DNA of 60,881 nucleotides, counting the filler, from Porpidia crustulata (lineage: Eukaryota), in the NCBI GenBank assembly GCA_964255105.1. It is 7 parts of 7 records of this genome, joined end to end, with 100 filler letters (N's around TTAATTAATTAA, not from the genome) between each part and the next. Parts side by side here need not be neighbours in the genome. Positions count along the whole stretch, not along the records: positions 8,717 to 17,332 come from CAXUWE010001086.1; positions 17,433 to 26,046 come from CAXUWE010001087.1; 5 more parts are not named here. One strand, written 5' to 3'. The translations under genes and the position numbers were made by a program. Numbering within the stretch: the first letter of the stretch is position 1; every line of letters begins with the position of its first letter. The notes beneath the pieces were generated by a model that was not told where the DNA came from, searched no databases, and was given only the letters and a program-made list of their open reading frames with translations. This document shows, one piece after another, positions 12,067 to 23,200 of the stretch.

Positions 12067-15000
12067 TCACGCCTGCAAAGGATGTACGACGCATTGCCCT
12101 GGGTTTGGCCTTAGTGCGACGCGTCTTGCCCGCATAGGTAGTATCACACGTACTGGCGGCGATGGAGGAGGTGACGACAGTGGGGACGATTCGGTTGATG
12201 ACGCACTTCGTGACCGGTTGGGATTACTTACCGATACCGCTGCTGTCAGGCTATGGCTCGAGCCCAGCCCTGGGATCACGACTGCAGGGCTGGAAGCAGC
12301 TGTGACGAAGGGATCGACGACGAGAGAGGAGTTGGAGGGTCCCGGTTGAGGGTCGACATTGGTCTGGGTTGGAGCCACGGAGATCGAGCTCACCGCATTC
12401 TCGCCGGATGGTGGATTTTGCGGTGGCGCTGGAATTGGACTCACCGCGTTCACACCCGTTGGTGGATCTTGCGGAAGTACCGACTGAGGAGCAGCGAGAG
12501 GGGAGACAGCAGGAGCGCGTGGTGGAGGAGGCGCTTGGGGAGGGGAGTTCCGGAACGGAGACAGGGCGAATTGGCTCCCTCCAAAGTTGGCGTAAGAGGG
12601 CTGGCTAAGACCCGGGATGAAGAAAGGACCACTTGACAGCTCGGATGGCGTCTGGAACGGCGTTTCGCCCGGCCCTTGCCGGTCCGAGCTGTGGGAGGAC
12701 CATGTTGGACTTGGCGGGGCGCTATATGCCAGTCCCGACCTCGAGGGCGAAGATGCGCGAGAGTGTGAAGGTGACAACTCGTGGCGCGCCGATTCGTCGT
12801 CTTCAGATCCCGGACCGAACAACGAATCGTCATCGTCATCGTCATGGTCGTTTTCCTCGGATTCCGACCCTTCGGGCAGAGGACCCGGGACTGCAGGCGC
12901 CAGCTCTGTCTGTTCCATGCCATTTACGCTGGAATCATTGCTCTCCTCCACGAGGGGCTGCGTTGGCTCTGACTCACCGAGGAGATCATTGAAGAGGTCC
13001 ACATCCATGTTCAAGCCAGCAGCCGCAGCCGCTGCGTTGAAATCTTCCATGGACCATAAACCCAGCTCGTCGCTCGACGATGGAAGCAGAGGATTCGGTA
13101 GGCCAGAGATTGCAGGCGTCGCCTCTGTCTCTCGCATGCCAGTCATGGCGGAACTATTGCTTGCATCCACAAGAGGTTGCACAGGCTCTGGTGCGCTGAG
13201 AAAGTCATGGAACAGGTCCACGTCCAAGTCCAAGTCCAAATCGGCGGCCAAGGTCGCTACGTCGATTTCTAGGATCGACCCCCAAATCGCCTTGTTCGAC
13301 AATTCAAGCAGAGGATCCGATGAGCCAGAGATTGCAGGCGCCATATCCATCTCTTGCATGTCGTTCATGCCGGAATCATTGCTCTCATCCGCAAGGGGCT
13401 GCGTTGACTCAGGTGCGCCCAGAAATTCCCGGACCAGGTCCACGTCCATGTTAAAATCGGCGGCCAAGGTCGCTGCGTCGAGTTCTAGGATCGGACCCCA
13501 AATCCCCTCCTCGACCTCCATCTCAACGTCGCCTCTTGGGAGCTCTTCGCTCTCCATGTCAACGTCACCGCCTTGGAGCTTCTCGGCCTCCATCACAACA
13601 TCGCTGCTCTGGAGCTCCTCAGTCAGCATTTCTTGACTGGGGACGTCTATCTCCTCATTCCCACGTTGCTCCACATCCATCATTAGACCTTCCACTGTCT
13701 GGTCCAGGTTCTGATGGGACTTATCCCCGCTGATTTGCGGTCCCTGAACGGAATTATACTCACCGACGTCAGCTTGGGGGGCGTCAAGAAGAATGCAGTC
13801 CTCCCATTCAGGCTCCGAGCCACTTTCACCCCCGACATCTTCAGTTTCCGCCTGTGGCGCATCCTGAAGGTCAACATCCTCCGAGACAAGCTTATGATCC
13901 TCGTCGAAGATCAAGCCCTGCATCTCGGGCTCCTCCCAGGGCTTTTCTGCCTGCTCGGCCAACTTCATTACGTCTTCTTGCTCGATGCTCCATACTGGAG
14001 GTGCATTCAACGGAGCAGAAGTGGCTGGCGGCGGAGGTGGAGGGTCAGTATGCGACCTGCTAAGGTTCTCGACAACCGCCATGGTTACTGGACTCTCCGG
14101 GGCAGTAAAGAGGGCAAGACTAAGTTTATCAGGCCCAGCTGCAAGTGGGGAGGACAAGGTCAATGACAATGGCGAGTCTGGCAGGGGGACGGAGTCAGGC
14201 GATGGCGAGCATACCGGCGAGTCTGGGAGAGGGGCGGAGAAAGGCGACGGCGAGCGTAGTGGCGAGCCTGGAAGGGGGATGGAGGAAGGGGATGGCGAGC
14301 GTTTGGGCGAGTCTGGAACCAAAGTCATGGGTGATCTCAATGATAATCCCACCAGCAATTCAGAAAGAGATGACAGTGGCAGCTGTGACGGCACATCCGA
14401 CGGTGATTCTGCGACCATTGACAACGGTGGGATCAACGGTGACGCTTCGGGCGTGGCCGAGAGCGATGGCAAGGTCGCTTCTTCGCGCCAAATCTCGGAA
14501 GCAATCGCAGACTGTGCTGGAGGCTCATCCACTTCGCTGGCATCAACTGCGACGACAGCAGTTGGTTCTGTGGGCACGGGAGTGGAGGTAAAGGTGACGG
14601 TGGCCGCGGCGGAAGTAGGGATAGCGACGGGTGGAGAGGGGGCAGTAGAGGCAGTGGTGAAGGCCGGAACTAAGGTAGAAGGCTCGGCTGTTGTCCTGGG
14701 ACCAGGACAGACGTGGTGAGTTTGCCAGCCTCTCCATACCTTGTTCGATTCAGCGAGTTGCTCGATCTCCTTAGCTTGAGCTTGCTGGGTTACTCGAGCA
14801 TTACGCTCCAAGGCTCGGTACATGTCGGTGCCTTGGCTCAGCTTGGCCTTCAGGTCTGATATTTCCCGACGACCCTCTGCAGCGCTGTCATTCGCGAGTC
14901 TCAGCATGTTCACTTGACGACTCAGCTTGGCCTCTAGATCTGACCTTCCTTGCTGAGTCGCTGCAGTGTTACGACACGCGACTCTCAGTCCGCGTACTTG

Positions 15001-15972
15001 ACGTCTCACCCTGTCGTTCAGGCGTGAATTTCTTCGAAGAGCTGCCGCATTGTTAACACGCACAACTCCAAGCTCTGCCGTTTGGCTGCTCAGCCTGGCG
15101 TTTAGGTCTGATATCGTCTGACTCGTCACTATCCGCTCATTTTCTTGACTGGTCATCGCTTCGACGAGCTTGTTCGTGAGTTCGTTGCACCTTTTTTTTG
15201 ATTCACACCACTTAGCCTCTACCGACTCGCCGAGGACGCTCGCCTCCTCCAACTGGCCCTCTAGACGATGTGCAAGTGCCAACGCATCAGCACCGTCATG
15301 CTGTAGTCTGAGCATGGCAGCCGATTGACGCGCGCTCTCGTTCTTTACTCTAACAGTATCGTTGTCAAGATTCTGTTTGTGAGCCTCATTGAGATCGTTC
15401 ACCCGGCTGTCGCATTGCTGCTGGTGCTGTAATGTGGATGCTGCGATGCGATCCGAACATTCCTTTTCCACCTTCGCAACTTCTGCTGCCAGGACTTCTT
15501 TCATCTCTTTCCGCTTCTCGGTCTCCCAGGCCCCTCTTCCAGTCCTCTCGATCTTCAGCATCGTAGCCTGGGCATTTATCTTCCAGGTGAAACGGGTGCT
15601 TGTGATGTGCATACACAGTACTCCGAGCAGCACTTGTATGACGCACATCAGTAAGAACCATTGACGAGCTGAGGCGGGTAGGTGACTTAAGAGAAATGGT
15701 GCAGGTTCGGACATTGTCGTTGTCAGGACAGTGCCGAAAATAGCAGGAGAGGGTGGATCCGAACCGGTGCTCCACGTTTCGAGGATCCGGAAAGGGTCTT
15801 CGGAATCCATGGTGTTGATGAAGGCGGCCAGTGGAGAGGGCGAGCTCGCAGGTGCATCACTTATGCTGATCCATCCTCGATGGACGCGGTCTGTAGCTGA
15901 CGAGATATCCGGTCGGATCCAGGCGAGTAAGGCAACCGACACCGCTGTCAGGAGAACGCTAAAGATGAACAT
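12067..15972 (-). CDS. Large intronless hypothetical protein: N-terminal membrane anchors, coiled coil, long Pro/Ser-rich and acidic repeat region
   Basis: Uninterrupted 1301-aa ORF with two hydrophobic segments and internal 28-aa, 14-aa and ~72-aa repeats. Confidence 0.8.
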   Translation of the reverse strand: MFIFSVLLTAVSVALLAWIRPDISSATDRVHRGWISISDAPASSPSPLAAFINTMDSEDPFRILETWSTGSDPPSPAIFGTVLTTTMSEPAPFLLSHLPASARQWFLLMCVIQVLLGVLCMHITSTRFTWKINAQATMLKIERTGRGAWETEKRKEMKEVLAAEVAKVEKECSDRIAASTLQHQQQCDSRVNDLNEAHKQNLDNDTVRVKNESARQSAAMLRLQHDGADALALAHRLEGQLEEASVLGESVEAKWCESKKRCNELTNKLVEAMTSQENERIVTSQTISDLNARLSSQTAELGVVRVNNAAALRRNSRLNDRVRRQVRGLRVACRNTAATQQGRSDLEAKLSRQVNMLRLANDSAAEGRREISDLKAKLSQGTDMYRALERNARVTQQAQAKEIEQLAESNKVWRGWQTHHVCPGPRTTAEPSTLVPAFTTASTAPSPPVAIPTSAAATVTFTSTPVPTEPTAVVAVDASEVDEPPAQSAIASEIWREEATLPSLSATPEASPLIPPLSMVAESPSDVPSQLPLSSLSELLVGLSLRSPMTLVPDSPKRSPSPSSIPLPGSPLRSPSPFSAPLPDSPVCSPSPDSVPLPDSPLSLTLSSPLAAGPDKLSLALFTAPESPVTMAVVENLSRSHTDPPPPPPATSAPLNAPPVWSIEQEDVMKLAEQAEKPWEEPEMQGLIFDEDHKLVSEDVDLQDAPQAETEDVGGESGSEPEWEDCILLDAPQADVGEYNSVQGPQISGDKSHQNLDQTVEGLMMDVEQRGNEEIDVPSQEMLTEELQSSDVVMEAEKLQGGDVDMESEELPRGDVEMEVEEGIWGPILELDAATLAADFNMDVDLVREFLGAPESTQPLADESNDSGMNDMQEMDMAPAISGSSDPLLELSNKAIWGSILEIDVATLAADLDLDLDVDLFHDFLSAPEPVQPLVDASNSSAMTGMRETEATPAISGLPNPLLPSSSDELGLWSMEDFNAAAAAAGLNMDVDLFNDLLGESEPTQPLVEESNDSSVNGMEQTELAPAVPGPLPEGSESEENDHDDDDDDSLFGPGSEDDESARHELSPSHSRASSPSRSGLAYSAPPSPTWSSHSSDRQGPGETPFQTPSELSSGPFFIPGLSQPSYANFGGSQFALSPFRNSPPQAPPPPRAPAVSPLAAPQSVLPQDPPTGVNAVSPIPAPPQNPPSGENAVSSISVAPTQTNVDPQPGPSNSSLVVDPFVTAASSPAVVIPGLGSSHSLTAAVSVSNPNRSRSASSTESSPLSSPPPSPPVRVILPMRARRVALRPNPGQCVVHPLQA

Positions 15973-16681
15973 ATTGAATGATGTTGAGATACTATGTGTT
16001 GATCTGGGTTAGGTGACGAGAGAATAACGAAACACTTTTCAAAGTCCAGTCCTTGTGTAAAGACAGACCGAGCTAGTCTGATGTGATGGGATGCTGGTGC
16101 TTTGGATAAAGTGCAATGTGAAGATGATGAGGAGTGAATAGTCTCAGGGACCTAATTCGTATGCAACGCCAGACAGAATTGGTTCTTTGCGACGGAACGT
16201 TAGAGACTTGGACAAACTACAAAACACATTGTTAAAGGGGTGAGACGATGCGAGGTCAAGTTGAATGAACAAGTCCCGATAACGCAGGTTGTGGTGATCT
16301 TGACCAAAATACTGCACGAAATAGGAGAGAAAATCTTCTGCAAAATCTGCTGATCCGAGACCGGGTCCGTTACAGATGGTCTGGATGCTAGGTAAAGATC
16401 CGGTTGAATACTGTCATATATAATTAACGTCTGATGCATACATTGACGAGAGCTGAGCTGATGATTAACAAACCTTGGTAACGTATCACGTAAAACACGT
16501 CCCGCAAATAAGTCACTAAAAGCGATCCGCAACAGTGTCAGGGGGATGATTTAAAAAATAATTTTCCGGTCAACGGTGTCTGACGATGGATGATGGGTTT
16601 GATAAATTATTAAATATCTGTTGTTAACAGGTATGTAGCGCAATGACTCTGTTTCGCAACAAATGCTTCTGACACGAACTT

Positions 16682-16740
16682 GAAGAGAGAAAAGAAAAGA
16701 AAAGAAGAGAGAAAAGAAAAGAAAAGAAAAGAAGAAAGAA
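16682..16740. repeat. (GAAAA)n purine microsatellite
   Basis: Directly visible pure-purine tract. Confidence 0.9.
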
Positions 16741-17332
16741 CATGAACAAAAACAACAGAAGAACCATGACCGCTGCTACAACATCAATGAATTAAATTTT
16801 CTCGTCAACACTCGCAGATGTGTCGACTCCATATCTTTTTTTCCGTTATCTTTGATGATCGTGATCGCTGCAACAGTGAATAAAAATTTCTCATCAACAC
16901 TTGTCGCGGTGTCGATCATACATTTTTTTCTCTTATCTTTTTTTTTCTTCACTTCATCTCTTGCATCTTCCCTATCTTCCCCCGGCTTCCGTGCCCGCGA
17001 ATTCATTCACTTCATCCCGCCTCATCTTATCTTACCTTCGTCGGTTTTCAAAACCCTCGACACAGATACCAGTTCCCAAGAAATGACGTATGAATAATTT
17101 AAATCGATAACCAGGATCGCAACGATTCAGTCTCGAGGAAAGGGAATGAATACTGCGACCCGCCGTTTCGGAAACACATGTGATTTACCCGAATTAGGAA
17201 CAGACAGCGAGGTTATGCGTGCAAGTTTGCTGCCTGCTGGAATTTAAAGGGGTGATATTTTAAGATGGTGGACTTGGTTTATGTGCTGGGAGGTGAATTC
17301 GGGTTGTTTGTAATGGGGGAGAGAGAAGAAGG

Positions 17333-17432
17333 NNNNNNNNNNNNNNNNNNNNNNNNNNNNNNNNNNNNNNNNNNNNTTAATTAATTAANNNNNNNNNNNN
17401 NNNNNNNNNNNNNNNNNNNNNNNNNNNNNNNN
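17333..17432. other. Artificial contig linker
   Basis: N44-TTAATTAATTAA-N44. Confidence 0.98.
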
Positions 17433-18501
17433 AGGGTGGCCCTGCGCTGGCAAGCTGCTTCCCAGTGCCCACATCCCACAAGAAGATCGACGTCTCCCCT
17501 TCCCTTTTACAAATAAGAATATCTTTAATGAATAAGAATAATATAAATAGAACCACCCAAAACCACCCAAACACCCCTAACCCTGACAGCGGGACTTCCC
17601 ATCAGGGACCCTATAGCGTCCAAAAAAAAAAACGATGGATCCGGGAAGGGGAAAACCGCGCCCAAAAAAATGTCAATAATTGCTGATCGCGCCGATCAGT
17701 GGGTTTCTTGCCGGAATATTGCGGACCCGACGTCTTGGGTTGGCAGGGTATGGGTTAAGGCTGGGCATGCTGGGCGTGCTGGGCTAAATCCAGGGAAGGG
17801 GGGGTAGAATGCACGAGGCAGGGGGATTATTGTTTCCCTATTTTCTACACATCACAAGGCATCTTACAACATCTGAGCCAGTATTCTGCAGGCAATTCGT
17901 CAATCCAAAACCTAGAGCTATTGAGAATCCGCCCCGCCAGCAAGTCGTGTAGATAATCAGGTCAAGGGGAAGGTGGCGAGAACAATCATCCCATGCCAAA
18001 GCTAAAGCTGCTGTCCCTGAATCACAAGCAAAGAAGTAGATCCCACAGTGAGCCTCCCCGGCCGGCCGCCGAATCCCCATCCCCATTGAGATCGAAGACT
18101 GAAACGGATTGGCGTCTACGAAGAGCAAGCAGGCCTCTAATAAGGCTGGTATCTTCGCGTAAATAAATCCACATATGCAACGCATCAAAAGACATGACAG
18201 TGAAGCGAAATGTTGACAGAGGCAAAGGTGTATACAGGCAGGACAAGAAGCCATGGATCCGGGAGCAGTCAAAACCAAAAAAACTCCATCGGCAAAGATC
18301 TAGTCCGGTGCAATCAAATCTCTTGCCGGCCTCCCAAATAACACCAGAGCTCCTGGGTAGTCCCCTGAAAGAGACAACTCCTAGTTTTCATCTGATGCAA
18401 TTGTTTCCGACGCCATTAGAGGTAGATCTTATGTGAATAATCTCGACTGTCCATATGCAAGGTCGTAATCGTAGAATGAAGATTTGAAAAAAAGGATGTG
18501 T

Positions 18502-20216
18502 TTAGGAGGGTGAACTCAAGTCCATATCTTTGGGTCGCAAATTCGAACTGGTTGATGACGCTTTGGATCCCATTTTACGGGTCAATTTCGCATAATCTAT
18601 TGACACGTTAGGTTTCTGGACGTTTCAGTTCCAGTGAAAAAACACATACGCAGGCCACAAGCATTACACAGCGTCCGAGCGCCATCTGGACCACGCCTCC
18701 ATTCTGGAGTTTCAGCTCTATTACAACTATGGCATCGTCCAGGGGGCGCGGCTCTCTGCTTGATATTGTTAACACTTTGTCCAGCAAGGCTGATAGACTC
18801 CAGATCTTACCCCTCGTCGCTTCTTTGTGTCCGATCCAGCAAATCCGCCTGAACCATCCAACTTTTCTTGATACATGCTCCCATCGTCGTCCATTTCACT
18901 ACCGGCCTTGTGGACGTACTCGTGACTTCGCTGCTCTGCCAAAGCGGCCTGTTGGGTAATGATCACCTCTCTTATCCGAGCCATGGAATTAAGTACTCGT
19001 TCTTGTTGCCGTATCATTTCTTCACATTCGGCAAGAGAAGGGACTGAGCCAGGAATTGGACCAGATCGCTGAGTCTGGTGCGCACGAGAACCGTACAATC
19101 GAGAGAAATCCAAGGCACGACCACTGCCTTCGGCGATCTAAACAATGTGAGACAACCTCAACAACCATTGGGGGATACATACCTCGTTGAGAGAAGTTTC
19201 AAGTTCAAACGTATCTAAATGCCTCTTTACCGTTTCTCCAAATGCCTGAGGGATAGGACTTTGTTTGACAGCTGCCCGCCTCATTTCTTCGGCTCGTTCG
19301 ATTTCAGACCCAGCACCACGCCAGCTTGGGTGCTGCACGGGTGCATGTTCGAAAGAGTTAAGATGGGGTATTTGAGGGGCATATGGGGATGGTGCGTTTT
19401 GGTAGGGATTGTATGGATAGTGTGAACTCATTTGCGTGTTAGAGCGTGGTAATTGATCATGCGTTGGCGATTGGTGTCTTGGCCAGGAATGTGTAGGCTG
19501 GAGAAATGTATTGACAGGGCTTGCCGCTGTCCGGGATGTCTGACTTAACATGTAATGAGGCTCATTAGTATTGACGGCCGGAAACCGTGCCGCACCTGAG
19601 TCGATCTGTAGATAGGGAGAATATTCTGCTCGTGCCGGTTTGTCGAAAGCACTAGAGGCGCGTGTTGGTGAAGTGGCAAGCATAGATGAGGTCGGAGCTG
19701 TTGTCGATGGAGCCTCTGTATGCGATCGGGAGTCAAGTATAGTAGGACTTTGTTGTGAGAAGGAATTCAACGTCATTAGAGGCCCAGCCTTGGATAACAA
19801 TGAGTTGATAGACATGTGCTGCTCACTACCCAGTGCTTCGTGTATGGATGGTAGCGACTGTTGATGTGGTGGCGGCGGCGGATCTTTGTCGTCTCCAGAG
19901 GTTCGACGAGACTCTGGAGGAGATATGTACGCGTTGGTGCCAGCCATTGTGTTTGTGGAGGTGGATTGATATGAGTACGGAGGTGGCGGACCTGAATATA
20001 GATTTGTTGGACTTGCGAGGGGTGGTGCTGGCATGTTGAGGGCCGCTGAAACCGGCAGGCTCTGACTGTATACCAAACTTTCTCTTTTAATCTTGTCCAG
20101 GTCAAGATAGCCAATTGAAGGCAAGGTGCTGTTAGATCTGATTAGTACCATCGGTAAGATCCCATCTGGCCCTGGAAAGGCACCAACCTTTGCCTAATTG
20201 TGTCCGCCATAGCCAT
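18502..20216 (-). CDS. nsdD: GATA zinc-finger sexual development transcription factor, NsdD/SUB-1/Pro44 type (multi-exon)
   Basis: Spliced C-terminus [42 protein letters not shown]. Also [26 protein letters not shown] and [10 protein letters not shown] motifs. The start at 20216 is inferred and further upstream exons are possible. Confidence 0.9.
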
Positions 20217-23200
20217 TCCCGAGCGATGCGGTGGAGTTATGAAACAACTTCTCAATTCCCCGCCAGCATCCCTCGGGTTGCGTAAACGATAAATACTATG
20301 CTGATAATGGGATTGTGGCCTGCCGCAGATTTCGGGCGAACAGTTCTGATGCGGACCTTGCCGTCACAATGCCGACGGATAACGTACCGTTCAGCGGATA
20401 ACTGAGACAGATTTGCAAACGGCTCTCAGGTCTGACACAATAGTTCAATTCTCTCTAATGATACACTTGCTGCGGCCTTGCGGGTTTGGTTGACGTTGAC
20501 AGGTAAATGTGAACCGTGGCACAGCCAACCACGGATCTGAGACGGACGAACGGTACCTCAACCAGAGCAGCGGAAACGATCACTCGCCACCTAGATCTAG
20601 AGATCTGAAGATATTGGGAGTAGGTAACTGGTAGTGTTTGCCCAACAATGACGCTTTGGTCGTGAAGGTAGTCGTCGCAACGTGGATTGAAATTGGAGTG
20701 TGCCTTCGGGTAACAAGAGGGGGGGTGCAGGAAAGGATTAGAAGTTAGAAGCGGAGGAGGACAAGAGCGATCGATACGATGGCGTACACTAGTAGACAAA
20801 AAGACGCTTGCACTGCTGGGCGGCCGATTGCTGGGATCAAAGTCAGACTCTTGGGGGGTGCTGGAACTGGGAGACGGGGGGGAGAGATACCTAAGCACCT
20901 ACCTAGGGAAGGAACGGTATTGCTACTACTTTAGGGTTCCTGGGCCACATCGGTAAAGTATATTAAACACAAAGCAGCAGCAGAGTCTCCAGTCTACCGA
21001 CTAGGGTCTACAGTTTATCTCTGTACCACGATACCTGCCAACCTCTTTCCCATGCGTTTGGGCCGTTACATACGGAGTGCGCTAGAGTCGAATACCTAAA
21101 GAGTTCACCCTGGATGTCACCGTCAAGGGTGGCTGTCAACGCACCTTAGTCGCAAATGCACGGCCAGGGCAGATGGGCAGATGAACAGATCGGAGATTGA
21201 GCCAAAACGTTAGGTCATCATCGAACAGGCCTGCATCGTGGTTGGTTGAGTAGCCCGTGGATCGGTAATCCGAAGACGTCTTCTCGTGCATCAAGGAACG
21301 ATACCGTACCTTTCAGTGCTACTCTAACTAGGTGACTAGGTACCTTTATGTTATAATCGATTTTAGCGGGCAGCAAAATATTATTCTTCTCATTACTCAT
21401 CCACACACCACCACACCACCACAATAATGTGAGTTAAACAGAGAGAACGCCCCCATTCAAGAAATCATTTACCAGTCACACCCTAAAGTTTGTCTTTTCT
21501 TACTCTAGGATAACCCCTCCACACCTGGCAAATCACCAAACAGCAATTCTTTCATCACAACATCTCATCCACAATCCAATAATCGTAGTCGCCCACCATC
21601 TTGACATCTGGCAACCGATCTGGGTTACAGATAGGTACTGTACGGTAATTGAAAAAGGGCCTTGGCAGGCTACTTGCGACTTTTTTAATCTATCTGAATC
21701 CATGCCGAGTTTGCCTGGCTATGTACATGAGTTTCTGTGCCTTAAGTTTTTACTCGCACTGACGGATGCATCGCTACAACAGTGTTCAAACCCCAATGAA
21801 GAAAGGCTTGAAAGAATGGAGTGGTTATAAGCGTTCAACAAGCAGTATTGCTTTGGTGCGCGTAATTGTACTTGCTTAAATCTGCCATGGGAATTGGTGA
21901 CAGGAACCCAATTCAGAAGCCAGCGCTTTCATTGGGACCCGGAAGATGATTGTTAGTTTGACTAGAGCACTAATCAACGTTGTTATTGCGATTTAATATG
22001 AACACCTGATACATTCTCGTAACCCGTCAGGTCTCCGAAGGCAACCTTAGCTTTTGGCCAACGGGGTTATTGACTTCGGGTGATTTGGGGATATCTCACG
22101 AGCCATGTACCATAGTTCCATTTGACCAAACGGATTCTTTTTGAGTGTAAAAGCCGATCGATCTGACACTTTGGATTGTTCCACAAAGTTCAGGTGGGTT
22201 TGGTCGTTGGATACCATACGATTACGCCCGTATTCATCCAGTGGGTTGGGTCGGCATCGGCAGGCCGCCGATGCTTATCGATATGAGGCAGTGTCCGCCG
22301 GGCTTTGCGCAACCTGTGATGCTACCCAATGCCTTGGTTTCACTTGTGACAATGTTTATTGATCATGTTAGGGCGTCACACATTGCAATTGGAGCATCAA
22401 GCCACTTTTAGGGCTCGTGGGACGTCAACGGGTAGGCGTATCGGCTCTTCCAGCAGTCTCCCTTCCCAAATCGTTCAACGGTAACATTAGCAGTGTTGAG
22501 AAGCAAGTGTTTCCGATGATATCAGTAACGCAGATAGCAACGCAAGAGGCCGTGAGATATTCCCGGCCACAAAAATTGGTGAAAAGCCCTCACAGTTGGA
22601 ACTGAAGACCTATGGGAACGACCGAATTGCGGTGAGATGACCGGCTTTCGACTATGTATCTGAGCTCGAATGATGCAACCAGCGAAAGATCGGTTGTTGC
22701 CTTAAAGAGCTGAGCGTACCTCGATGCACTGCTCTCTAGTATGGTGATTAATAAATCATCCGGAATGATTTGATCTTGATGGTTAATGATCCGTCAGTAA
22801 CGGAATGATTAATAACAATATATAATACTTACTTAATCAGGCAAGGACAGGAGGGTGAGAGTATCATAGATTTGGAGACAAGGTACTTGTCTCAGATCAG
22901 CAAGATCACGCCGATCCGTGGCTTAAACCTAATCATCATCAGCCGATTATATTGTAAGACATTAGTAAATTAGCGCATGCCGATGATACAGAGATTTCGC
23001 TCTCAGATCTTCATCGGTAACTAAGTTAGTCAGACTGCTTTAACGAGGCTCTTGACTCTCAGCTCTAAGCTCTTGGCTCTTGGATTTCAGACACTAACTT
23101 TTCACACATCGGAATTTAGTTTCTTTAGGTCACACAGACGCGCGCAATTATCTGTAACGCGAGACTGCGGATGTTCAGGCATCGACGATGATGTGCCTAA

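Noticed and set aside
12253..14719. Long plus-strand ORFs (339 aa, 244 aa and others)
   Set aside because: Antisense shadows of the GC-rich 1301-aa ORF, with low-complexity Ser/Gly translations.
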